A stretch of 64,000 bases of DNA, from positions 928,001 to 992,000 of the forward strand of contig CAVXRD010000002.1 in NCBI GenBank assembly GCA_963764165.1, written 5' to 3'. The translations under genes were made by a program, and so were the position numbers. The stretch's first letter is position 1. Each line of letters opens with the position of its first letter. Below are positions 1-10,343 of this stretch, in pieces. The notes beneath the pieces were generated by a model. It did no database searches. It worked only from the letters and a program-made list of their open reading frames with translations, and was not told the DNA's origin. This stretch comes from an uncultured Verrucomicrobiae bacterium (GTDB lineage Bacteria > Verrucomicrobiota > Verrucomicrobiia > Limisphaerales > Palsa-1400).

Positions 1-121
1 ATTCGGAAATCCACGGATCAGCGCCTGTTATGCGGCTCCCCGTGGCTTATCGCAACCTGCTACGTCCTTCATCGCCTCTTGGCACCAAGGCATCCACCGT
101 ATTGCACTTAGTAGCTTGATC
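1..121 (-). rRNA. rrl: 23S rRNA, 5' end (partial; runs off the window start)
   Basis: Reverse complement begins GATCAAGCTACTAAGTGCAATACGGTGGATGCCTTGG, the conserved 23S 5' region. Confidence 0.95.
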
Positions 122-275
122 ACAAAGATAACCATCTTAGGATGGTCACTCAGCGAATTGTAATTATCTATGCCCTTAAATTTCTATGTGTAGTTGTCAA
201 AGAACATTCCCGAGTCTTCCGGCTTGAGCCTTTTAAACCCAAACCTTTGTCTCCAGGTAAAGTTATGTCAAAAAG

Positions 276-352
276 TGGTGGGCGTGACTGGATTCGAACC
301 AGTGACCCTGCGCTTATCAAGCGCATGCTCTAACCAACTGAGCTACACGCCC
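276..352 (-). tRNA. tRNA-Ile(GAT)
   Basis: GGGCGTG/CACGCCC acceptor stem, anticodon loop TTGATAA, GTTCGAAT T-loop, encoded CCA; 77 nt. Confidence 0.97.
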
Positions 353-465
353 CGCCTTCGCGCTGCGCGCTTCGGCGCGGCAAGCCCGCTCGCCGCCGAT
401 AAAGGGTACTGTCCGCCGTCACTCCCCGGCTTGCCGAGCCGCAGCTCGCGTTAGCGAGCGAAGGC

Positions 466-541
466 TGGTGGAGCTGAGGAGAGTCGAACTCCTGACCTAT
501 AGCTTGCAAAGCTACCGCTCTACCAACTGAGCTACAGCCCC
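466..541 (-). tRNA. tRNA-Ala(TGC)
   Basis: GGGGCTGTAGCTCAG start, anticodon loop TTTGCAA, GTTCGAC T-loop, encoded CCA; 76 nt. Confidence 0.97.
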
Positions 542-761
542 ATAAGGCTCCATTTGAGTTCGGATCCCATCCACTTTTTAAAGAACAAATTCGCACGGCT
601 CAGATCTTAACCTGACCGTAACGAACGGGTGAACAAGCACCCTTGGCCTCTGTATGAGAACCATTGAATACTGAATTGTGCGAATGTGAAAGCCATATCA
701 GGCCGGCATTTCTGCCGTTCTGACCGACCTAGGAGCACGGTTTTTACCCCGTGTCCATTTA

Positions 762-2339
<1,578 letters not shown>

Positions 2340-2644
2340 TAAAAACGTTAGCTTGAATCTTGTCCGGTGGTTAACCCGGACTGATTTTGCAATTAAAACT
2401 CCTCAAATCTCACCAACTAACTAGGCGAGACTTAAAGGGGCTCTCACTATTCGCACAATTCAATTTTCAATGATCATCCGGCGCGTTTAGCGCGCCAATT
2501 TGTTCCCATACAGGGGACAAAAAACCTGAGCGCCGTGTCTTTTAACTTTAACTCGGCATCTCAGATACCTTAGCTTTAACTTCAAACATAATTAAACATT
2601 TGAAGCGGGTTGTCAACAGGTTTTGTTTACCAACCACTTTCTTT

Positions 2645-3367
2645 CTAAAGAACGAGATCAAGATAGCCAGCACCCACCAAGGCCGCAAGAGTTTTTTTCA
2701 TTTTTTTTGCACTTTTTTGAATTCCCCTCGTAGTTGAGGCTCTTAAACCGAGGTAAGGGAGCCTGAAAATCGGTGTTTTTGGGCTCATTTTTGCGATGAT
2801 TTCAGCATTTTTTGCCGAAGATTCGTCTGAATGACGGGTTTCCATCATGACGACCCTAAAATTCTTTGTTCCAACATTTTGCAGCGATTCGACTGTCAAT
2901 AACGTATGATTTATGACGCCAAGCCGGTTCGGACAGGCAACGAATACGTCACATTTCAGCGACGCGATGAGGTCGCGAATTAGGAATTTTGGCCCTAGCG
3001 GGACCATGAGTCCGCCGGAACCCTCGACCAACAGCAAGTCGCACCGGTCTGAGAGTGCTCGAATCTTTTGCACTGCGACCTTCAACGAGACTTGCAGGGC
3101 GCTTGAGGCGGCGGGGGCCACGGGTTCCGGGTAATAGAATGGGTTGATTTCGTCCAACGCGGCGGTGGGCAGGCCAGCCCGCCCGTTGAATTCCTCGGCA
3201 TTCTGCAAGCTGTAGAGAAGTTCCGCGTCCGCTTGCGAACCAGAGCAAAACGGCTTCATGGCGAGCGCGTTGCAGCCCTTTTCACGGAGGAAAGCGAGCA
3301 GCAACGCCGTCAAGACTGTTTTTCCCGCGCCGGTGTCAGTTCCGGTGACAAATATAATTTTTTTCAC
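2645..3367 (-). CDS. bioD: Dethiobiotin synthase
   Basis: IFVTGTDTGAGKT P-loop, MKP, LVEGSGG, LGVINHTLLT; GTG start at 3367. Confidence 0.93.
   Translation of the reverse strand: MKKIIFVTGTDTGAGKTVLTALLLAFLREKGCNALAMKPFCSGSQADAELLYSLQNAEEFNGRAGLPTAALDEINPFYYPEPVAPAASSALQVSLKVAVQKIRALSDRCDLLLVEGSGGLMVPLGPKFLIRDLIASLKCDVFVACPNRLGVINHTLLTVESLQNVGTKNFRVVMMETRHSDESSAKNAEIIAKMSPKTPIFRLPYLGLRASTTRGIQKSAKKMKKTLAALVGAGYLDLVL
2660..2720 (-). promoter_or_regulatory. Probable rRNA operon sigma70 promoter with A-tract UP element
   Basis: Minus strand TTGCGG (2688-2683), 17 bp, TATCTT (2665-2660), preceded by A-tracts. A second TTGACA lies at 2616-2611. Confidence 0.55.
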
Positions 3368-3447
3368 TTTGAGAATTGCCGCCTGCCCTTTGGAATAAGA
3401 GTCAACACAGCGGCTTCCGCCCAAAACTGCTACACGCCCCCCTCCCG

Positions 3448-4842
3448 TCAGCCTTTTATCCAACGCAGCAGTTCGATGATTTTCGGCGGCTGGCCGGTGC
3501 GCAAAATGCCGATGCGAAAGACTCTGCCGGCCATCCACAGGGCCACGGCGGTAGTGGCGACCATCAGGAGGGTTGTGCCGATCACATCAACCAGGGGCGG
3601 GTTGGCGTTGACCCGGTTCATCATGGTGAACGGGGTATAAATCGGAATCCAGGAAAGCACCCGGGCCAGAGTTCCGTTGGGATCTTTCGGAATGAAGGCC
3701 ATGGTCAGCATCGGGACCATCATGATCATCGTGAGCATCCCCATGTAACTCTGCGCTTCCTTAATGGTGTTGCACACACTGCCGAGCGCAAGGATCAAGG
3801 TCGCATACAGCAGGTATCCAAGCAGGAAATAGAACAAAAACATCGGCACCAAATTCGATGTCTGCACCGCCTGCAAAAGCTGGCCGGGGATATCCGTGGC
3901 GCCGCCGGATTTCCAGACTAGAGCGCCAAACAGGGATCCCATCCATACGCCCACAGTCGTCATGCCTGTGGCGGCGATGCCAAACAATTTTCCCATCATC
4001 AATTCGCCGGGTGTCACCGAGGACAGCAGCACTTCGATGATGCGATTGGATTTTTCCTCGATAATGTTGTTGAGAAGCATTTGGGAGATGCCAAAAATCG
4101 CCACCCACAGGAGATAGACAAACCCGCTGGGCGCCCATTGGCGGATGATGTCCGCGCTGCTGACCGCTTCTTTGCCTGCTTCCTTGTTGGGGTTGAGGCT
4201 GGCAAAAGGCGCGTGAGTTTGCTCGACCTCCAGAATAGCGGCGATGTCCACTCCGCGCGCCAGGTATTCCCGACGGCGAATTTCTTTATTGACTGCCTGC
4301 TCAACGGCGTCGCGCAGGGTGCTGTCGGCCAGGTTGGCGGACCAGTATTCGATTCCAATGGGAGCGGTGTTCGTGTCGTGCGGCCCTGCATGGGGGCGGA
4401 CAATTTGTTTTTCAATGTCGCGTGGAATCAGGATGGCGGCGTACATCTCGACCTCGGGGCCATCCGACCCGGCCTTGATGTTCTTTTCGCGCCGAAGATA
4501 CGGTTTCAACTCGCGGTCCAACGTGGACATATCGGCATTCGTATCAATCCCCGCAGGCAAGGTGATGGCCTGGTAGGACCGAGGTGGCGCATTGGAGACC
4601 GACGCGCCCTGTTCCGGACGAGGCCTGAGCTGATCCAGGCAGGATTCCACGACCGATGCAAACTTTCCCGATTGATCGACAAAAGCATAATGGCGGATGG
4701 GCGTGCCTTTGGTCTGCAGCAGGAAAGAAACGTTGACGGCGAGGAAGAGAATCAACGGAAACATAAACAATCCGATCCAAAACCCCTTGGTTTTGGCGTT
4801 CTCGGCGTACTCGCGCCAGGCGACCAGAAATATGAATCTCAT
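3448..4842 (-). CDS. ABC-2 type exporter permease (NatB/YhaP-like)
   Basis: N-terminal TM, large loop, IIEEKSNRIIEVLLSS motif, multiple C-terminal TMs; ATGA overlap with the ATPase gene. Confidence 0.88.
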   Translation of the reverse strand: MRFIFLVAWREYAENAKTKGFWIGLFMFPLILFLAVNVSFLLQTKGTPIRHYAFVDQSGKFASVVESCLDQLRPRPEQGASVSNAPPRSYQAITLPAGIDTNADMSTLDRELKPYLRREKNIKAGSDGPEVEMYAAILIPRDIEKQIVRPHAGPHDTNTAPIGIEYWSANLADSTLRDAVEQAVNKEIRRREYLARGVDIAAILEVEQTHAPFASLNPNKEAGKEAVSSADIIRQWAPSGFVYLLWVAIFGISQMLLNNIIEEKSNRIIEVLLSSVTPGELMMGKLFGIAATGMTTVGVWMGSLFGALVWKSGGATDIPGQLLQAVQTSNLVPMFLFYFLLGYLLYATLILALGSVCNTIKEAQSYMGMLTMIMMVPMLTMAFIPKDPNGTLARVLSWIPIYTPFTMMNRVNANPPLVDVIGTTLLMVATTAVALWMAGRVFRIGILRTGQPPKIIELLRWIKG

Positions 4843-5813
4843 CGGAAAGAAGCCTCTCTTGCTTCCGGCCCCACCAGCCACATGAAAACTTCGTGCAGGG
4901 TCGGATCGGATTGGTTGAAACCGCGCAGCCGGATTCCTTTGGCGAAGCACATTTGCAGGATGGCCTGCGGGTCAGCGCTCTCGCGAATTTGCAATTCCCA
5001 AAGTGTCGAACCATTCGCGCCGACCGCGCCGCGAGGCGTTTCGACCGGCCCAACGGAAATCACTCCATCCAATGCGCGCAACGGCCCGATGTCATCGTCC
5101 GTCTCGATGCGCACGCGGCGGGGCAGCATCCGTTTCGCCTCGGCAATGGTGCCGTCGAATACTTTTTTGCCTTTGGCGATGAGCAGGATCCGTTCGCATA
5201 AGCGTTCAGCATGCTGCATGACGTGGGTGGAAAAGAGTATCGTGCGCTTGCGCCCGGCCATGTCCCGGATGATTTCCTCCATGACTTGCTGATTGACAGG
5301 ATCGAGGCCGGAAAACGGTTCGTCGAGGATGATGAATTCCGGGTCGTGGGCGATGGAGGCGAGCATTTGCACTTTCTGGCCCATGCCCTTGGAAAGGGCC
5401 TCGGTGGGTTTTAGGGCAAAACCCTTCAAGCCATACCGTTCGAGCAATTCAAAAGCCCTCTGCCGCGCGGCTTTTCTCGACATCCCCTTCAAAGTGGCAA
5501 AGTAGGCAATGACCGCCCAAGCCTTCATCTTTTTGTAAAGGCCCTTTTCTTCCGGCAGATAACCGATGCGCTGCCGCACTTCGAGCGCCGAAGGCCGCCC
5601 CAGCACGGTGATGGCGCCGCGGGTCGGCTGGATGATATCCAGGATCATGCGAATGGTGGTGGTCTTGCCCGCGCCATTCGGCCCCAGGAAACCGCAGATC
5701 GAACCGGCGGGCAGCGTGAAGCTGACATCATCCACCGCCTTGAAATCGCCGTAAAATTTGGTGACGTTGCGCAATTCCAGCGGCGGCGCGTCTGCCTGTG
5801 GGGGAATGTCCAT
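4839..5813 (-). CDS. ABC transporter ATP-binding protein (with C-terminal DUF4162-like region)
   Basis: GPNGAGKTT, LSKGMGQK, ILDEPFSGLDP, STH switch. Confidence 0.93.
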   Translation of the reverse strand: MDIPPQADAPPLELRNVTKFYGDFKAVDDVSFTLPAGSICGFLGPNGAGKTTTIRMILDIIQPTRGAITVLGRPSALEVRQRIGYLPEEKGLYKKMKAWAVIAYFATLKGMSRKAARQRAFELLERYGLKGFALKPTEALSKGMGQKVQMLASIAHDPEFIILDEPFSGLDPVNQQVMEEIIRDMAGRKRTILFSTHVMQHAERLCERILLIAKGKKVFDGTIAEAKRMLPRRVRIETDDDIGPLRALDGVISVGPVETPRGAVGANGSTLWELQIRESADPQAILQMCFAKGIRLRGFNQSDPTLHEVFMWLVGPEAREASFR

Positions 5814-5972
5814 TAACTTTTCATGATTGTGCCTCAAAGATTGGCTCAAGGAAACACTCATTTTCGCGCTGAAATGGAGACGGCAGCAGGACAGAATTCT
5901 CCTTGAACGCAAAAATGAGCCGGAAATGAGTATCTCCCAACGTAGATACGCAGCGCGAAGGACGGACCTCTC

Positions 5973-6115
5973 ATTAACACACGGCTTCAGCCGGGTGTTC
6001 GGCCGCGCCGAAGGTTCCTAAACCGCTTCAGCGGTTTTCCGGCGTAACTGGAAGCGGTTAAAACCGATGACATCCGCTCACTCCCGGTGGCACCTGGCTG
6101 AAGCCGGGTGTTAAT
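5973..6115. repeat. Palindromic REPIN/MITE-like element
   Basis: Terminal IR ATTAACACACGGCTTCAGCCGGGTG ... CACCTGGCTGAAGCCGGGTGTTAAT with inner hairpins (AAACCGCTTCAGCGGTTT). Confidence 0.75.
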
Positions 6116-6179
6116 CCGCACAACTAGAAAGAGCACGAATTTGTTTGACTTTACCGTCGGAATTGCCAGCATAAGAGAT

Positions 6180-8075
6180 ATGCCTATTCGCGTCGCATTA
6201 GGTCTAGCAGCTTTCCTATTCTCGTACATCTCGTGCCTAGCGGATGGGTGCTTTGTCGGGGCGCCAGCATGGAACAAGCAACGAGATATTAATGAGCCTA
6301 CCCAAAAAGCCATCCTGTTTTTCGACCAAGGCCAGGAGGATATGGTCTTGCAGGTGAAATACGAGGGGCCTGCGGAGTCATTTGGCTGGCTGGTTCCAGT
6401 CCCGTCACTGCCCGAGGTGCGCAAAGGTTCGATGGATTGTTTCTATGAATTGAGCCGGCTCACTCAGTTGCATATGAACGATGGCGCAATGATTATGTCA
6501 TTGTCGATGGGATCGCACGGGGCGGAAGCTCCAGCGGTGGACGTCATCAAGATCAAGACAGTCGGAGCATACGAAGTGGCTGTTCTTGCAACGACCAATA
6601 GCGGAAGCCTCTCCGAATGGCTGAATACGCATGGCTTTGCATTTCCCGCGGACAAACAATCCATCCTGGACGAATACATCAGCAAGCATTGGTATTTTGT
6701 CGCGGCCAAAATTGATCCGAGCAAAAGCGGTTTCACGCTTCAACATGTTTTGCACCCGGACAACCCTGAAATCGCCAAGTCTACCCGCGAGAAGCTGGCC
6801 AACGGAGAATTGAATCCGCTCGTCATCAGTTTTCCCTCGGAAAAGTGCGTTTTTCCACTTTCGATCTCCGCCGCCAACGGAAAAAAATCCGAAGTCTCGC
6901 TTTATGTTCTGTCACATGAACCACTGATCAGCCCCAAAATCTTCGGCCGTAAAATTGCGAAAGCAAGACAGTTGGAGGAGCGGGCCACGTCGCGCGCCGT
7001 CCCGCAATTTAATTCGGAAAGGCTGAACGCCTACCGAAAGGCCCACCCTGCTCCTTCCGATGATCCAAACGACCCGCAACCGGAACTTATAGTGCAAAGG
7101 CCGATCGATATTGTGCGGGAACGATACCACGATCCATTTATGTATCGTTCCCTCCTTGAAAGCATGGACGCCAGTCCGTCCGAGTTGAAAGCGTGTGCCA
7201 AGCTTCTTCCGCGTTTAAAAGAGAAAGCGTGGAATTTGACGAAGGAAACTGAGATGTTTGACCCGGAGGAAATGGCGGACCTTGAGTTTGAGCCAGCGGT
7301 TCCGTGGCTTCTGCATCAACTCCAATTTACTAATGCCTCCGCTGCCGCCGTCTGCCTCGCAGAGACTGGCAAGCATGCGCTGCCTGCGATCTGCGATTAC
7401 TATGAGGGTGCGAACGAACGCTCGCGAAGGTTTGCCGTGGCGGCACTTGCGCGAGTAACGAGGCCGGATGCCATTACCGGCACGACTCCAGCGTCGCCAC
7501 TGACAAGCTGGGTGTCGGCCCGGGCTTCTGAACTGGCCGGAATGCTAGATGATCCAGAACCCACCGTCCGCAACAGCGCTGGGGTCTTGCTGAGCCGTTA
7601 TCCTGATTCCAATTCCGCCCTGGCGGCCACTTATAAGAAGATTGTCATCTCTCAGGCTGAAGGCGCACAAACCGCTTTCGGCCTGATCCCGACCAACCAA
7701 ATTTCCAAGGACGATTGGAGAGACTTTCTAAACACGACCAATGCCTCTATGATTTTGGAGGTCATGCGCCGCCTGAAATCGACACGCCCAACCGTCGATG
7801 CCTATTATCCGCTGACGACGAACAGCGTTCAATTTGCCCGGTTGCTTTGCCTGCGAGAAATTTCTGAGGCGAACAATTCGGCCGCGATGGACATGCTGGT
7901 TTCCATGCTGCACGATCCCGATGAAACTGTGCGGTGGAGGGTTCGACAGACATTCAGGAAGCTAACTGGCCAAAAGCTCGGAGCAGACCCCGCCGTTTAC
8001 GAAAAATGGTGGGCTGACTTCAAGGATGCGTGGAAACCCATACCCCGACGGGACCCGAGGGATCGCAACTCTTAA
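6180..8075 (+). CDS. Secreted DUF2330-domain protein with C-terminal HEAT repeats
   Basis: Signal peptide then ADGCF, INEPTQKAIL, FGWLVPVPS, VGAYEV, WYFVAAK; HEAT-like LDDPEPTVR and LHDPDETVR. Confidence 0.75.
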   Translation: MPIRVALGLAAFLFSYISCLADGCFVGAPAWNKQRDINEPTQKAILFFDQGQEDMVLQVKYEGPAESFGWLVPVPSLPEVRKGSMDCFYELSRLTQLHMNDGAMIMSLSMGSHGAEAPAVDVIKIKTVGAYEVAVLATTNSGSLSEWLNTHGFAFPADKQSILDEYISKHWYFVAAKIDPSKSGFTLQHVLHPDNPEIAKSTREKLANGELNPLVISFPSEKCVFPLSISAANGKKSEVSLYVLSHEPLISPKIFGRKIAKARQLEERATSRAVPQFNSERLNAYRKAHPAPSDDPNDPQPELIVQRPIDIVRERYHDPFMYRSLLESMDASPSELKACAKLLPRLKEKAWNLTKETEMFDPEEMADLEFEPAVPWLLHQLQFTNASAAAVCLAETGKHALPAICDYYEGANERSRRFAVAALARVTRPDAITGTTPASPLTSWVSARASELAGMLDDPEPTVRNSAGVLLSRYPDSNSALAATYKKIVISQAEGAQTAFGLIPTNQISKDDWRDFLNTTNASMILEVMRRLKSTRPTVDAYYPLTTNSVQFARLLCLREISEANNSAAMDMLVSMLHDPDETVRWRVRQTFRKLTGQKLGADPAVYEKWWADFKDAWKPIPRRDPRDRNS

Positions 8076-8076
8076 C

Positions 8077-8913
8077 CTAGTGCCGCCACCAGGCGCGCAG
8101 AATCAGGCCAATTTTTTCCGCCTTGCTAAGACTGACCCGCTTTTCTCCAAAGACGTTGTAGCGCCGCCGTTCGAGTTCATTTAGCAACCGTGAATAGACG
8201 GCGGACATTAGCTCCGCGGCGATCATTGAGCGGCGGTCTTCTTCGGGCAACGCTTTTCGGGCGAGGTCGTAGTAGCTTTTTGCTTTGGCGGCGACGCTTG
8301 CAGCGAGCGCAACAAAGCGTTCCGAATACTCGAATCGCAGAATCTCTTCCTGCGTGACCTTGAATTTTTCCAATTCCGCCAGCGGAAGATAAATGCGGCC
8401 GCGCTCAGCATCGTCTCGGACGTCGCGCAAAATATTCGTCAACTGCAAAGCGTGGCCAAGGTTGATGGCGTAATTCCGGCAATTCGGATTCTTATACCCA
8501 AAAATTTCGATGCTTAACAAACCGACGACCGAGGCTACCCGGTAGCAGTATTTCTCCAAATCCTCGTAGGTTTGGTAGCGCATGATGTCCAAGTCCATTT
8601 CGACGCCGCGGATAAGATCGTCAAAGTCGTGAAATGGAAGATGGTATTGCGCGATGATTGGCTGCAATTCTTTGTTTACCGCGAAGGAAGGCTTTTTGCC
8701 TTCGCAAGCAAGGCGAACGTCCTCGTGCCATGCAGCGAGACCTGCGCGGCGCTTTTCGACCGGCACCGTTTCCTCGTCCGCCACGTCATCAACTTCGCGG
8801 CAAAAGGCGTAAAGCGCTGCCATGGCTTCGCGGCGGGGCTTCGGCAATAAGATGAAAGCCAGCGCGAGGTTAGAGGCGCTTTTTCGGGTTATCTCCTGGC
8901 TTTGTTCCGTCAC
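8077..8913 (-). CDS. hpnD: Presqualene diphosphate synthase (squalene/phytoene synthase family)
   Basis: YAFCREVDDVAD, YCYRVASVVG, LQLTNILRDVRDD, GRIYLP. Confidence 0.85.
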   Translation of the reverse strand: MTEQSQEITRKSASNLALAFILLPKPRREAMAALYAFCREVDDVADEETVPVEKRRAGLAAWHEDVRLACEGKKPSFAVNKELQPIIAQYHLPFHDFDDLIRGVEMDLDIMRYQTYEDLEKYCYRVASVVGLLSIEIFGYKNPNCRNYAINLGHALQLTNILRDVRDDAERGRIYLPLAELEKFKVTQEEILRFEYSERFVALAASVAAKAKSYYDLARKALPEEDRRSMIAAELMSAVYSRLLNELERRRYNVFGEKRVSLSKAEKIGLILRAWWRH

Positions 8914-8915
8914 AG

Positions 8916-10343
8916 CTACGCGTTGCCCGCCGAGCCTGATCCGGAGCCGCCGTCATCGTCCGGCCCGAGCGAAATCCCAAGCCGCTGCATGCGGTAACGC
9001 AGGGCGTGCCGGCTGAGTTTCAGTTGCTCCGCCGTTTTGGAAATGTTGTATCGATTCTGCTCGAGCGAGGTCACGATGACGCGGCGCTCAAACTCCGACA
9101 TGACGTCATCCAGCGATTGATTGCCGGAAATGGTGATGCCCTCCGATTTCCGCAAGCGGCCTTCCAAATTGAAATCCGGCAGGCTCTGCGGCTGAATTTC
9201 TCCTGTTGTTTCCAGAATGACGGCGCGTTCAATGACGTTGCGCAATTCGCGAACGTTGCCGGGCCAATGGTGGCTCATCAATTTCTGCCGCGCCGTCTGG
9301 CTGAACCCGCGCAAGTGCTTGTTCATTGTCGCGTTAAAATGGTGCAGGAAATTCTCCGCCAGCAGAATGATGTCCTCGCCGCGCTCGCGCAACGGAGGCG
9401 GTCGAAATTGCACGACGTTCAAGCGATGAAACAAATCCTCGCGAAAATTATTCTGGCCGATGGCTTCAATGATATCGCGATTGGTGGCGGCGATAAGGCG
9501 GACGTCCACTTTCAATTCGTCATTTCCGCCGACGCGCGTAAAAGTTCCATCTTCCAAAAACCGGAGCAACTTCGCCTGCAACGGGCGGCTCATATCGCCA
9601 ATTTCATCGAGGAAAATGGTGCCGCCGTGGGCTTCCTCGACGCGGCCGAGTTTCTGTTTGACGGCGCCGGTAAATGACCCTCGCTCATGGCCAAACAGCT
9701 CGCTTTCGAGCAGGTTTTCGGGAATGGCGGCGCAGTTGATGCGGATGTAATTGTTTTGCCGCCGCTGGCTCATGCTATGAAGCGCACCCGCGATCAATTC
9801 CTTGCCCGTGCCGCTTTCGCCGAGAATCAAAACGGTGGCATCGGTCGGCGCGACGCTGCGAATCAATTGCCGCAATTCGTGTATCTTGGGCGATTCGCCG
9901 ATGATTTGCTCCAACCGGTAAGCCTCGCTGACGGTGGCGCGAAGGGCGGCATTGTCGCGCAGCAGCCGATGGCGCTCCGCGCATCGCGAAACCGCGTGCA
10001 GCAATTCCTCGGGCGCGAACGGCTTCGCGAGATAATCCATCGCGCCGGATTTGATCGCTTCCACGGCCAGCTTGGGCGTGGCGTAAGCTGTGATCATCAG
10101 GAATGGCGTGTTGGGCCAGCGCTTGCAGGCCGTGGCCAGGAATTGGTAGCCGCTCATGCCACTGCCAAGACGGGCGTCGGTGATGACCATGAAGAATTCC
10201 TCTTTTTCCAGGGCGGCCAGCGCTTCCTCGGCGGATTCGACCAGCTTCAGCTCGTAGCCCTCCCCCATGAGAATCGAGCGCAGCGAAAGGCGCATGTTCT
10301 TTTCGTCGTCGACGACCAGAACGGGGGGCAATGACAAGTTCAT
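8916..10343 (-). CDS. Sigma54-dependent response regulator (NtrC/PilR family)
   Basis: REC domain, GESGTGKE, ESELFGHERGSFTGA, WPGNVREL, C-terminal Fis-type HTH. Confidence 0.95.
   Translation of the reverse strand: MNLSLPPVLVVDDEKNMRLSLRSILMGEGYELKLVESAEEALAALEKEEFFMVITDARLGSGMSGYQFLATACKRWPNTPFLMITAYATPKLAVEAIKSGAMDYLAKPFAPEELLHAVSRCAERHRLLRDNAALRATVSEAYRLEQIIGESPKIHELRQLIRSVAPTDATVLILGESGTGKELIAGALHSMSQRRQNNYIRINCAAIPENLLESELFGHERGSFTGAVKQKLGRVEEAHGGTIFLDEIGDMSRPLQAKLLRFLEDGTFTRVGGNDELKVDVRLIAATNRDIIEAIGQNNFREDLFHRLNVVQFRPPPLRERGEDIILLAENFLHHFNATMNKHLRGFSQTARQKLMSHHWPGNVRELRNVIERAVILETTGEIQPQSLPDFNLEGRLRKSEGITISGNQSLDDVMSEFERRVIVTSLEQNRYNISKTAEQLKLSRHALRYRMQRLGISLGPDDDGGSGSGSAGNA

Noticed and set aside
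9660..9680. GSFTGA instead of GAFTGA in the sigma54 activator
   Set aside because: A common variant; F and T are retained.
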